Shown here: piece after piece, positions 1 through 12,779 of the stretch | How the letters are laid out: each line of letters starts with the position of its first letter | How positions within the stretch are numbered: position 1 is the stretch's first letter | Origin: Octopus vulgaris | Lineage: Eukaryota | DNA: 64,000 bases | NCBI GenBank assembly: GCA_951406725.2 | Contig: OX597822.1 | Coordinates: forward strand, 86,800,001-86,864,000 | Direction of reading: 5' to 3' | Made by a program: the position numbers and the translations under genes | Notes under the pieces: generated by a model | The model's database searches: none | What the model saw: the letters and a program-made list of their open reading frames with translations, nothing else | Told to the model about the DNA's origin: nothing

Positions 1-394
1 TGCAAGACTGTCATTCTCGTGTAAGCCACAGAATACGTTGCACCACCATCAGCAGCCGACACAAAATTCTCCAGGCGTAGACCCATGGTCTTTCGCGACC
101 GACAGGTACCTATATAAATATAGCTGTCCCAAAAACGTTGCTAAAACAAAAAAACAAGCACGTTTACTTTCTCTTACATGCCCATGCGTGTACTCACATA
201 CATGCGTACAATTATATTGTACATATAGACACGTGTGATGGAGAGTCGCTGAATAGGTCACAGGGTGTGTGATGAAAGATTTTAGACAAAGGACACTAAG
301 ATATGAATAATGATAAAGCTGAAGTGAAGAGCAAGTATAAAGAGTGGGTGGTTAGTTGGCAAACGTATGATCATCCCAAAGTATAGCAATATAT

Positions 395-609
395 GTATAC
401 GCTTATGTATAAAATATATATGTATATATGTATGTATTTATGTGTGTATGTATATATATATATATAAAACATATATATATATATATACACATGCATACAC
501 ATATATATACATATATGTATATATATATACACATATATATACATATGTATATATATATACATATGTGTACACACACACACACACACATATATATACATAC
601 ATATGTATG

Positions 610-655
<46 letters not shown>

Positions 656-682
656 CATACATATATATACATATATGTATAT
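395..682. repeat. Compound (TA)n/(CA)n/(TATG)n microsatellite; representative of dozens of such tracts in the window
   Basis: Directly visible; it explains the YI/HT/CV-rich ORFs. Confidence 0.97.
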
Positions 683-853
683 GACCGCATGTGTACCGTT
701 GGCGATTTTTTTCCTCCGTCTTCCCTTCTTTGGATCTTTCCTTTTCGTATGTTTCTGACGAAGAGCTCCGCTCGAAACGTTAAACCCTCCTTCTTTCCCG
801 AGCGTCCAATAATACTATACTTGTTCCACGTCCTCGCGTTGTTGTGTTTGGAT

Positions 854-857
<4 letters not shown>
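683..857 (+). mobile_element. Short non-autonomous PLE-type (pLTR-like) repeat carrying a minimal hammerhead; homologous to 30310-30510
   Basis: Aligns by eye with 30310-30510 (TTGGCGAT...GCTCGAAACGT..AAAC...GAGCGTC...TAATACT...ACGT.CTCGCGTTG); embedded in (TA)n. Confidence 0.7.
751..785 (+). ncRNA. Ultra-minimal type-I hammerhead ribozyme motif, probably dimer-dependent
   Basis: Stem I GTTT/AAAC, core CTGACGA, stem II GAGC-TCC-GCTC, GAAA, palindromic ACGT stem III, GUU cleavage triplet. Confidence 0.7.
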
Positions 858-918
<61 letters not shown>

Positions 919-1051
919 TAAATATTAGGGAATAAATCCAAACTTACAGGGAAAAATAATTTAATATAATATATATACATATATATACATATATATATAC
1001 ATATGTATATATGTATATATACATATGTATATATATATATATATATATACA

Positions 1052-1123
<72 letters not shown>

Positions 1124-1180
1124 GGTCCCGTTGATATAAGTATATATATATATATTTATTATATATATATATATATATAT

Positions 1181-3665
1181 AGCTAAGATTTCTCTTGAAT
1201 ATAAAGAACCATTGAACCGTTATAGAACAAACATTAAATTTGGGTCAATGACTTTAACATACAACACCACCCCTCAAACATTTAATCATATATATAATCT
1301 CCTACAGCGAGCGTGATTGGCAGAGAGTTGATCCCACCAATTTCTTCGGTATAACCATTGGGTCTTCTTATTCTGCACAGTTGACTAACTTAGTGAGCCT
1401 ATATCTCCTTTCACAGATTAAGGATAGTTTTCCTCTCCTTACCGGGGGACTGTATAGGGATGATGCACTTCTAGCTATACATAGCCAGTCTAAAACTGCA
1501 TTGAATAGATTAAGGAAATCCCTGAGAGGTTTCTTAAAGGATTTCTTTAATCTTAACATTATCTTTGATGTTAACTCCAGAGTGGTGAATTTCCCGGACG
1601 TTACATTGTGTTTGGATATGGGTTTATACTACCCATTTCGTAAACCAAACAAATCCATTTCATTTATCAACGTATCGTCCAATCACCCAAAATCCACTAT
1701 AGATGGCATTGTTACCGCTATTTCGATCAGAATCTCTAATTTATCCGCAAATGAAGAGAATTTCGATCAACATGCGCCAGTGTACAACAGCGCTCTAAAA
1801 TTAAGCGATTTCAGGACTCATATAGACCTAACACGAGATTTAAAAACAAGATGGCGGGTCTACCATGTCACTGTTGGTCAGGAAAAATGCAGTACATTAC
1901 CTGATTGTAACCGAAATAAGCCATTGGTTAGAAACGTATATAAAGAGGTTAGGAATAGGTATAAGAAGTGAAATAGTGGTAGGGGAGAGATAAGTAAAGC
2001 CAAGAACTCACGTTCTAGAATAAGGGAATTAATATGGTTCGCCCCCACCTTTTTTCTCTTAGAGTGAGAAATTTGCCCGAGATGTTTTTAGGATTCTAGA
2101 GGAGAACTTACCAAAGGGTCATAAATACTACAGCATTTGCAATAAGTCTTCTATCAAGTTCTCTTACTCAGTAATGCCAAATTTGGCCTCCGTTATTGCA
2201 TCTATAAATAGAAGCAAGTTAAATGGGCAAGGGCACTGGAGATGTTCTTCTGGTGGAAACCTCGGTTCTGGACAGGTAAGTTATGATACGCCTAAGGCTA
2301 GTGATGCCAACGTGTTGCTCCCAGGGGGTGTATCGAACTCCAGTAATGAGAGATGTGAAGGAGTGAATGTGGGAAACCTGACAAGTACTGTTAGTAGTAG
2401 AAATAAGGGATGGCCCTGGGAAATCATGTAATCGTAGAAACCCTGGATTACGTCCCCTTGATGGGGTCTGTCTATTTACTAATGTAATTTATAAATGCGT
2501 TGTTAAGGATGAGGATAATTTAGATAAGTTTTATATAGTACAGTAAATTTTAAGGAAAGGTATAGGGCCCACATGAGCTTGTTTTCAAATGAAAGATACT
2601 TGCATCTTATTTATACGATCTAAAGAGGAATAATAAGAGTTATTCTCTGGAATGGTCCGTTATTTCGAGAGCCCCTTACTTCAGAGTAAATATAAATAAG
2701 TATAAGTTGTGTGTAAAAGAATCCCTTGCCATCCTGAAGTCTTTTGGGCCAAAAACTTTGAATAGATTTACTGAGGTGATCCTTTTTTGCAACCATAGGT
2801 TTTCGTCCACCTTTGTGAAAGTGTATAGAAATAAAATTAGACGTAATAAAATTGCTTAGCGTTACGGGGATTTGAAACCGGCGAGGTTGAATTTCTGTTA
2901 ACTACAGCCACCTAAATGTCTAGCAATAGACTTTTTTTTTTTATTAGAAAATTTGGACTGGTCCGTTGAGGGGTTTTTCTTTTAAATTATATAAGCTTTC
3001 CTTAAAAAAATGTTTTGATCTGTGCGTAAAATCCTGTTTCCTGTTTATCGTGATGAGGCGGGTCATAGATATAGATGAATGTTGAATTTGACCTGTGAAC
3101 TTTTGGATGTAGAGGGAGTAAAAGGCTTTTTTCAAGATGTATGTGAATTTGACCTGTGGAAATCTGTTTACTTATGAACTTTGGAGGTACTTGGATGAGG
3201 GAAGTGAAAGACTTTTTTCAAATATTAAAAAAAATTTTTTTTCTTAATTGTTTTCAAATATTTTAATCGTCTGATAATACTTTTTTAGTCGGTGGATATT
3301 TATTTTATTTTTATTTTTACCTTTACTTATTTATATTTGTCTATTAGGTTTTTTGGTAGTTTTTGAATTTGTATCCGTTTATATTTAACATTTTTGATTG
3401 ATCGTTCTATTTGTATTTTATTCGATTATATACTTTTTACCTTCTGTCATTTTATGTATATGTATTTTATGTGTTTGTGAACCATGGTGATTTTTATATA
3501 TGATTAAATCTCTGAGGGGTGGTGTTGTATGTAAAGTCGCTGATCCAAATTTAATGTTTGTTCTATAACCAATGTTTCTTTATCTTCGTCTCATTTATAC
3601 TTGAGTGCTTTCTTTTGCAGTCCTATAAACCCTTTTGTTTCTATTAGAAGAGACAAATATTATCT
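1181..3665 (+). mobile_element. Penelope-like element, 5'-truncated and decayed (RT C-terminal half plus GIY-YIG), with inverted pLTR segment at the 5' end
   Basis: ORF 1381-1971 has GLYRDDAL, VNFPDVTL, YYPFRKPN, SNHP; downstream frames give LIWFAP, CLFTNVIYKC..KFYI, KLCVKESL..LNR..E...C.H; 1201-1299 is an inverted copy of 3489-3583. Confidence 0.9.
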
Positions 3666-3670
3666 CTTGT

Positions 3671-3738
<68 letters not shown>

Positions 3739-3756
3739 TATTTACACACACATGTA

Positions 3757-3821
<65 letters not shown>

Positions 3822-3826
3822 GCATA

Positions 3827-3865
<39 letters not shown>

Positions 3866-4121
3866 GCGTACTCGCGTGGGTAAAAGACCAGACGTACCTA
3901 GTTAGCTTCAGATGTAGTATCTATAACTGAAGAGCATAAATTATGTAGAAACATGTGTATCTGATAATCAGTTGTCATTTAGAATGTATGTTTTTATCAC
4001 AAATTCTGAGAAAGAGAAATTGTCGAAGATGAAAACTCACATCGGGCGCCGTTCCACTCTACTTTGATAGGTTTTGACCATTAAGTTTGACATATCTAAC
4101 TTAAGAGCACCTATATAATCC

Positions 4122-4169
<48 letters not shown>

Positions 4170-4249
4170 CAGGGCAAGCGAATAAGTACACAAGCACATG
4201 CTGAAAGAAGACGGCAAATGGCTCTAAACTACCTTAAATATATATATAA

Positions 4250-5736
4250 GAAAGAGCCATCGGCTTGATGAAAAGCGGAAAGGCGCCAGGGAAAGACAGT
4301 AGAACATCGGAGGTGTTAAAGTCAGGCAGAGACCAGCTCTGGAAAATCCTCGCTGAGCGATTCACGCACTATCTAGACGAGGGAAGAATTCCCTTCCAGT
4401 GGAAAGAGTCAAATATCACCCTGCTATATAAAAAGGGCGATAGAGAAGATCTAAAGAGCTACCGACCCATATGCCTGCTGTCTCACGTGTACAAGTTGTT
4501 CACAAAGATAATTCTGAACAGGTTGTCACGTCATCTCGACGAGCAACAACCGAGAGAGCAAGCCGGTTTCCGGAAGAACTACAGAACGATGGACCATATA
4601 TTTATTCTAACACCACTGCTTGAGCGAGCGAATGAGTACAAGCTGCCTCTTTGCGTTGCGTTTGGTGACTATGAGAAAGCATTCGACAGCGTCGAAACCA
4701 ACGCAGTGCTGAACTCGCTGCAGAGGCAAGGAGTCGAGGCGCAATATGTGCAACTGCTCATGGAGGCAAATTCCGGATGCACCACCGACATTGCTCTGCT
4801 GCCATCACCCGTACGAGTGCCGGTCGAGAAGTGAGTGAAGCAAGGAATTACGATCTCTCCAAAACTTTTCACCGCATATCTCGAGCAGATCATCAGAGGC
4901 ATCGACTGGCAAGGCGGTGTCAACATCATTGGCGAGCTACTCACCCACCTCTGTTTCGCTGATGACATCGTAATCATCGCTGAAACCACAGATCAGCTTC
5001 AGACCATGCTGACGGAGCTCGACATCAAAAGCTCTGCAGTAGGTCTTAAGATGAACCGCATGAACTTTGTTTTTACACGTTTCGACAACGTACTAACAGG
5101 TCGAATGGTGGTCGGCAGTGATGAAATAGAGGAGGTAAAGGAATATGTCTACCTGGGACAGAAAGTGAATATGTGCCGAGACATCGAAAAGGAGATCTCG
5201 CGGATAGTTAAGGCCGGATGGAAGGCGTTTAATGGCATAGGGGATGTGCTCAAGGGAAGGTTGGACAGGACCACCCGCGCCAACCTCAACAATAGCACAG
5301 TTCTACCTGCTGTGTTATATGGTAGTGAAACATGGGCTACAACAAAGAGAGAAGAGTAGAGATTGGTAACGGCTCAAAGAGCCATGGAGAGGTCAATGCT
5401 TGGAATCTCATTGAGAGAGCACATCGGTAGCGAGGTCATCAGACAGAAGTCCGGCGTGAGGGATGTCATCGTAGAATATACACGAAGCAAGTTTAGATGG
5501 GCTGGACACGTCGCCCGGCTCACTGATAATCGGTGGACCCACGCAGTTGTCGAGTGGTACCCGCGCGAGCGGAAACGACCACTCGGAAGGCCTCCACGAC
5601 GGTGGAGTTACGGTTTTAGGAGGGCGATTGGGACCACGTGGATGAGGAAGGCGCGATCCAGAGAGGAGTGGACAACGTGCTGTTACCTGCGGTGTTAAAT
5701 GGACGCCCGACAGACTGGTCAGTTAAGGTAATCAAG

Positions 5737-5739
<3 letters not shown>
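4250..5739 (+). mobile_element. RTE-clade LINE, 5'-truncated RT region with 3' tail; two nonsense codons
   Basis: KAPGKD, YRPICLLS, QAGFR, DYEKAFDSV, KQG.TISPKLF, FADDIV, YVYLGQ, RWAGHVAR, GRPPRRW; ORFs 4265/4835/5363 share one frame, split by TGA (~4832) and TAG (~5357); flanked by (TA)n. Confidence 0.95.
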
Positions 5740-5807
<68 letters not shown>

Positions 5808-7699
5808 GTATGTACATACGCACATATATATATCATGTATATATGTGTGTATATGTGTTCGTGTATATATGTATATATGCAATTTTTTGTTTATTTTTTG
5901 TTGCTTTGCATCATTGTATTATACTGAACTGTATTGTACTGAATTGTAATGACTTGTTGTCTGTGGGGCAAATAATGAAATCATTATTTAATATTAGTTT
6001 TTAATGATGGCCTGAGTGGGGGCGCATTGCTTAGGGTTGCATTCTTCGGGAAATAACGATGTTAAAACCAATAAGTGTGAAAGCACCGATACGACCCGAT
6101 ATTTTCTGGAGATAATTAATTCTCCACTAATCTAATTCTGATTACTAAATGGGATAGGAGTCCATTAGGAATAATCCTTTTTTAGATAGAACTCAGCAAT
6201 ATGACAACGAGGAAATGTCACCAAGTGCATTTTTGTTTGTTATTTATGTCGAATGATTTCTTTGCCAGATGAGGAACGCTCTCGCTGAGTCACGTGATGT
6301 TGTCCGTTCAAAGAGACATGGCTTCGTTTGTAAGGTTATAGAGAAAACTAAGGCATTCTATAGCAAAGATGGCTTCTTCTTCATTATAATAATGTAAATA
6401 AGGGAGAAGTGGCTGCTATTACTAAAGGGGAATTTCAGACGCAATCTGAGTTGAGGAAATGATTGAATCTTAGATTCGTAGATATCACCCATTAACAATC
6501 TCTCTCTATTTTCCCCTTCTTGGCATTTACTCGCCAATTACCTCCACCTCCATTTAGATCTCACTTCATTCTATGAATTATGTCGCCTGGTAATCTTTGA
6601 TCTTACTCTCTTCCTTTTGCTCTGGGGGTCTCACCCGAAAGACTGCCTGGGGGTATTGTGCTGAACCCTTCTAAGGTAGTAGTCAATTCAGTTTTATCCC
6701 CGTGTTATCGAGGTCTGTTGGGTTTACTCCTCAAGCTATGCTACTGAATTTTTTCAGTTGATGGATTTTGACAATGTCTCCTGGGTATTGTTGAAGGTCT
6801 AGATCTTCATATGAGGCATTTCTATAAAACTACAAAGTAAGGCTTCTTTTGTGTTTTAACTGAAGAAGCGTATCTTAACGTTCTTGGCGGTAAGCGAAAT
6901 GGCGGAAACTACTAAATGGGAAATTTTGCATGTGCTGGCGCGCAATGTATGTGAATATGTATATGCTATTGCTCGCGCATGCTAATAGATCGAGGTAATT
7001 GACGGGGTGCATATCAACTGTTTGAAAACAAAAATATAAATATGTCTTTGTTTGAACGTTGTTGGGTTTTCATTAAAGTTTAAGAAACCCATTTAATCAA
7101 ATCAACATTTTTAAGCAGCTAAGAAACATTTTATTGTGTACTCTTTTTATTAAACAGTTTCCTAAACCTTTGCAATTAAGTATAATTATAATAAATGATA
7201 AATTAAAATTAACAAAGTCACTTTAGATCATCAAAAATAAATTTACATAACATTAGGGTTGTGTATCAGGAAATAACATTTAATGTACGTATATTTGTTG
7301 CTTAAGCTAGAATGTTGTATATAAGAAGAGTGGCCAAATGTCTGAAGCATTGAAGCTATGTTTTTTAGTCGAAACCTAATTAGGATCAATAAAGGAAGTG
7401 TATCCCCGTTCAAATTCACGGCGGATAAATTTTGGTTTTAGGCATTGCCATAAAGACTGTTAAGGTCAATAGACAAAAGTGAATTGATTGGTAGAGAAGG
7501 GTTTTAGGTTTCGGGGATATTAGCGGTCAATAGACGTACATTAGTAAAGGTCATTCCACTTCAGATTGCACGTTGAAAACGTGTCATACATTTCCGGACT
7601 TTTGAGGAAAGAGAGCCCTATAGAGAATTAAAGGGGTTGAAGGGAGGTACTACGAATCCAACAGATGTTTCTGTGGGATCGGTGGTCAAAAATAATGTT

Positions 7700-8381
7700 T
7701 GTAGATTAATTCCGACATCAATCTACATCAGCACCGACATCGTACGTCCACGTAAATATATTTGTTGCACCGGAAATTCATTCAAGAAACGTTTTTCCAA
7801 CCATCGATCCTCCTTCAGAGTCCCGGAAAGGAGATATGTAACATTGCTGGCCAGCCATGTTTGGCAACCAAAAGACGACGGAGTTCCACACACGACCTTA
7901 TGGAAAATCTCCGAAAACCCAGGCCCCTACATCAACAGGACGAAACGCTGCAAGCTAGGCATAGCCGAACGCACGAGAATCCTAAGAGACTCACTCGAGT
8001 CAGGGGCTATACTTAACTCCAGAACGGAGATTTTCGAGCCATGTTTGCATTTTAGGAGATTTCTGCTGGCCTTTTGGGAACCGCCGGAAGTTGATAGCTA
8101 ACGGGAGAGGGAGATAATATATTGTTTACCCTCCCAGCTGAACGATGGCAGTTCAACCGGAAGTCGATAGTCATTGGCAGAGGGAGATAATCCAGACTTT
8201 TCCTTTCCATATTTTAAAGAGTTCATAGGCCAACAGGTCTTGGGGTCTGACGATATGCCATAAAATTAAACTCTTTATGGACGGGAAACCCAAGGTAACC
8301 CCCCAAACCAGCTTTCACTAGAAAAAAATATAGATTCTTCTTCTCAGAGTGTGCTTCTCCAGATTTATGTTATTCTAAAAA

Positions 8382-8384
<3 letters not shown>
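7700..8384 (+). mobile_element. Penelope-like element 3' end (GIY-YIG C-terminal part plus HHR-bearing 3' pLTR)
   Basis: KYI..TGNSFKKRFSNHRSSF, LASHVW, WKI, RCKL..AE...I, LNSRTEIFEPC.H; ends ...AAAACGA at (TA)n. Confidence 0.9.
8242..8302 (+). ncRNA. Type-I hammerhead ribozyme motif in PLE 3' region
   Basis: Stem I GGGGT/ACCCC, CTGACGA (8247-53), stem II CCATAAA/TTTATGG with imperfect base, GAAA (8285-88), stem III ACC-CAA-GGT, GUA triplet (8295-97). Confidence 0.8.
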
Positions 8385-8440
<56 letters not shown>

Positions 8441-8443
<3 letters not shown>

Positions 8444-9786
8444 AGTGAATCATAAATCCGAAAGAGAAATACACTCTAAGTTATAGAGTAGTAGTGTATT
8501 TAAAGACACCGCAAACTTCTTAGACGTCACGCTCGACTTAGGCTCCGGTAGATACAGGCCCTACCGCAAGCCAAACGCAAGCCTTCTGTTACCCACCTAT
8601 CATGTTTCGAAACCTGGTGAAGGGTGTCAACAAGAGGATCTCGAATCTTTCTTCTAGCAAGACATTTTTAACGTGGCGAGCTCCTACTATGACCTGACCC
8701 TAGTTGCTAGTGGGTTTAAGAACCGCATCACCTACATGCCGGACCCTAACACCCGCAGAAGGAAGCGCTACCGAAATATCGTTTGGTTCGTCCTTTCCCC
8801 TTCTTACTCAACGTAAAAACGTGTGTAGGTAGGATATTCCTTAGGCTAGTAGATAAGAACTTTACACAATCACACAGGTACGGACGCCTATTCAACAGAC
8901 AACCTAAGGGTCTCTTTGAGCTGCGCCCACAATATTAAGATTATTTTAGTTAACACCCCTAGAGCACGAGCAGAGGCGAGATGATCATGCAGCGACTACA
9001 GCAGATGTCTAGTGGGAGGCCAGTTCGAAACCAAGGTGGTCGTATACAAGGCTGAGGTAGTATCTGACCCTTGTAGCAGAAATAGTAGCAACACCATCGT
9101 TGGTGATAATGCTAGACAACAACAACCACTATAGCGCCGACAACAACTCCAGCAACGACGATGGTTATAGCAGCACCAACGGAGATACCAACAATGACAA
9201 CAACAACAGCATCAACACTAACTTCGCCATCGATGATGTTCCCTGTGGCAGCATATATGACACCAACAACAACGGAAGTAGCAGCGTCAACAACATTAAC
9301 AGAAACAGCGACTCCAACAGCAGTATTCGGAAATTGGATGTTCAGGAAACACCTTCAAGCAGCACCTCTCCAACTACAAATCCTCTTTTAGGGTCCCGGA
9401 AAGGCGCCTGAAGGACAAAGGGATTCCACATGTAATCACAGGGAAACTTCAAGAAAAATCGGGTCCCTACATCAACGGGAGTAAATGTTGTTAGCTGTGC
9501 ATAGCAGAACGGCCTGGGGAACATCTTAAATTCCAAGATGGAAGTCTTCGGATCTTATTTATGCTTCAGCCGATTCCTACTGAAATCCTGGGATTCCGAA
9601 TAGTGGTCTAAGGAAGACAATCCCATGCGCTTGACCTTTGCGTGTTCAATAACTAGCCACGAGGCCTTTTTCAATTTGAAGAGAGGTTATAGCCACCGAC
9701 CATTAGGGTCTGACGTATGTAAAGCTAGGCGTTTTATGGATGTGAAACCTTGGGGTAACCCTATGAACCGGCCATGACTAACATTG

Positions 9787-9790
<4 letters not shown>
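8441..9790 (+). mobile_element. Second, related Penelope-like element (RT C-terminus plus disrupted GIY-YIG) with short inverted 3'-end segment at its 5' end
   Basis: ANFLDVTLDL..GRYRPYRKPN, KRISNLSS, RNIVWF, VKTCVGRIFLRLVDKNF, VVYKAEV, LNSKMEVF; 8441-8500 resembles the reverse complement of 8325-8384. Confidence 0.88.
9704..9763 (+). ncRNA. Degenerate type-I hammerhead homologous to 8242-8302
   Basis: Stem I TAGGGT/ACCCTA, CTGACG(T) with A9 lost, GAAAC, stem III ACC-TTGG-GGT, GUA. Confidence 0.7.
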
Positions 9791-9885
<95 letters not shown>

Positions 9886-9923
9886 ACAACAAAGGAATGA
9901 AAGAGACCTCGATATTATGTAAA

Positions 9924-10307
9924 TCTCTCTCTATATAAACGGCAGTTTGTCTGTGTGTGTTTCTGTGTGTCTGTCAGGTTGTACCTCACCCTGACCACGG
10001 CTTTCAACCGATTCTGATGAAACTTGACACACACATAGCCCAATGTCATAATTCAAAACTAACGCAGCGAAAATTTTGAAAAGTTCCCCCAGTTCTGAAA
10101 AAGATCAATAAATTCGACATGGGGTCGACAATCAGAAACACAAACCACAGATGGTCTAGGGGACGCAACTCGACCTTTTTAACTATCAAAAAAATTTACC
10201 ATAATTTTTTTCCCCAATTTTTTTGTTATTTTTTGGTTATAACTCTCTAAAAATGCTTTATAGTTATTTCCCTTACAAACCCGAGCAACGCCGGGCGATA
10301 CTGCTAG
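9924..10307 (+). mobile_element. Non-autonomous Helitron
   Basis: Starts with TC after an A and ends with CTAG before a T; subterminal GC hairpin CCCGAGC-AAC-GCCGGG; internal (GTCT/GT)n near the 5' end. Confidence 0.8.
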
Positions 10308-11309
10308 TATATATATAAAAGCATTTGTACATACATATTTATAGACACATGCAAACATGCATACACGTTTTTCTAGAGACACACTTGCGTGTCTTCAATC
10401 AGGCAACATTTATTCTCGCTCGTTTACAGGCGAGAATTGAAAGCTTGTAATCATGGCCAAGTGAAAGACCGTAATCAAGTGAAATGGAGGAGGTTTTCAT
10501 TAAAAGCTGCGACTTCAGTTAAAGCTTCAACGTGTGTGAAGGGAAAAGCTAGTTTTTTGTATTTAGACAGAAGGGAAAAAAACAATGTAGATGATTGAAA
10601 CAAGATATAAAATAAATTGGAGGGGAAAATGGCTGACTGGGTTAATGAGTTCGACACACAGTGAGGGTGGTGGTGGTGGGGATGGCGGGTTTTAGTTTTT
10701 GTATTTGTTTTGGATGTATTTTTATGCATATTTTTTCTTTGAAATTTGAAAGCAAACAATTCTGTTTTTGTCATTAGGAGGGATGTGTCCCTAGAGACGC
10801 TGAAAAGTAATTAAGATGGGCTTAATATTTTAAATGTTTTGTACTTGTGTATATTAGAGTTCTTACTGTTGGCATTCTAGTAGTAGTAGCAACAGTAGTA
10901 GTAGTAGTAGTCTAGTTTCGTGGAACAGATGGAATAATCACGAGACTGTATTTCAGAGTTGCATTGAGCTGAGTGGATGGGAACAACTAAACGAACTGTG
11001 AATAGTTCGAATCTTATCAGTGGTACTAAGCTGTATCCATGGATAAGACGTTCAGTAAGTAGCTCAGTCGGTTAGGGTGTCAATAGGTAGCCTAGGCTCG
11101 TATACATCACTTCTGTAAACAAAGAGAACACAAGGGGCCATGCATGCATACATACATGCATACAAACACGCACATGCATATATACACGCGCATACATACA
11201 CACACATACATACACACACACACATACATACACTCATATACATACATACATACATACATACATACATACATACATACATACATACATACATACATACACA
11301 TCGTGGACC

Positions 11310-12035
11310 ATCAACCAGATTACTACTTCCCACTTTGAAGGGTTAGGGTTTGCAAACCCGGGACAGGAAATATCATCCAAATACCTGATGCACAAAAGGA
11401 ACAGAGATGCAGGAAAAGCAGTAAAATGTGACAACCGATGCAGACTTTGTGGTATTAACACCGAAGATATCCCCCACATCATAAGCAGTTGTCCAAAAAT
11501 GTCATCACGGTATTATCTACTGATGAGACATGATGTTGAAGCTAGAACACTGTATAACGAGATCCGTCGAAAGGATAACCCCCAACAACAAAGATATAAA
11601 AACTCACAGCATGGGGGAAGCCATATCCACTCATAATAAAAGAGTATTGGTGGAATGTCCCAGTGAAAACCTCAAAAAATGTAAACACAATACACCTGGT
11701 ATAATGATTTGGGATAGAGAAGAGAAACTGTGTACAGTTGTGGAAATCAGCTGTCCAGCAGATGTTAACATAAAGCTGAAGATCAGTGAAAAGGAGAATA
11801 ACTACGCTAAACTATTGAGAAATCCTCTGCTACACTATTCAGATTACAAGTTCAGGTTTATACCTGTAATTATTGGGGCCCTCGGATATGTAACACACTG
11901 CCTAAATACCATACTAATCTTGAGAAATTAGTCTTCTCAAAATAGAAAGGAGAAAGCTAATTCAAAGACTACAGACCCAATCCGTCATTGGAAATGTAAA
12001 AATCTGTAAAGCTTTTCAGAAGTTTATCATTTAAA
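11310..12035 (+). mobile_element. R4/Dong-type non-LTR retrotransposon 3' fragment (CCHC knuckle plus restriction-like endonuclease)
   Basis: CRLCG..TEDIPHIISSC, RHD, HNTPGIMIWD..K.CTVVEISCP.D, EK..NY, IPVIIGALG. Confidence 0.88.
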
Positions 12036-12779
12036 TATATATGAGCATGTCTAGATATGCAAATATATATATGAGAAGACATACATAAAGCAAAACATAC
12101 AAATCTGCATGTATACACACATACATACATACATACATACATACATACATACATACATACATACATACATACATACATACATACATGCATACATACATAC
12201 ATACATACATACATACATACATACATACATACATACATACATACAAAAATACCTTGTTGGTATTGTTGAAATTCCAATGACGGAGCCTTGGATCTAGGTC
12301 AGAAACCGATTCTTTCTCTATGGGCAAGAAGTCTTGAAATAAAACTGAATAATGACATACATACATGCATACATACATACGTACGTGCATGCATGCATGC
12401 ATGCATACATACATAAATGCATATATACACACATGTGTGTGTGCGTGTAGATATATACATATCTACACGCACACACCGACTCCCTTTTTTCCCGAAAGTG
12501 TTAGCATGGTCAAAATTTGAAACCAATATCATTGGTATTAAGGTCACTGGTGGATGAAACAACCGAGAAAGCCCTTACAACTCATGAAACATAATTTTAT
12601 TGTAACACAAGTTACGGTGAATTGAGGGGTTTCCTGAGTTGTCAGTGTTCTTTGTCCAAATTTCTCATGGGTTAACTGCTAATAACCTTCTTCTTGTAAG
12701 GGAATATCGTAAAGACTCGAAATTTGACTAGCTCATCTTCCAATTCAGAGGATTTATCTCGGCTGGAATTAGTTTCTAC

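Noticed and set aside
6000-7600. Unique-looking region with a weak minus-strand RIIPNGL peptide reminiscent of PLE N-termini
   Set aside because: Too degraded to assign by eye.
10014-10030. CTGATGAAAC within the Helitron
   Set aside because: No stem II or downstream NUH geometry.
12245-12355. CCAATGA...GAAACCG hairpin after the R4 fragment
   Set aside because: The core is not CTGANGA; it is more simply part of the R4 3' UTR.
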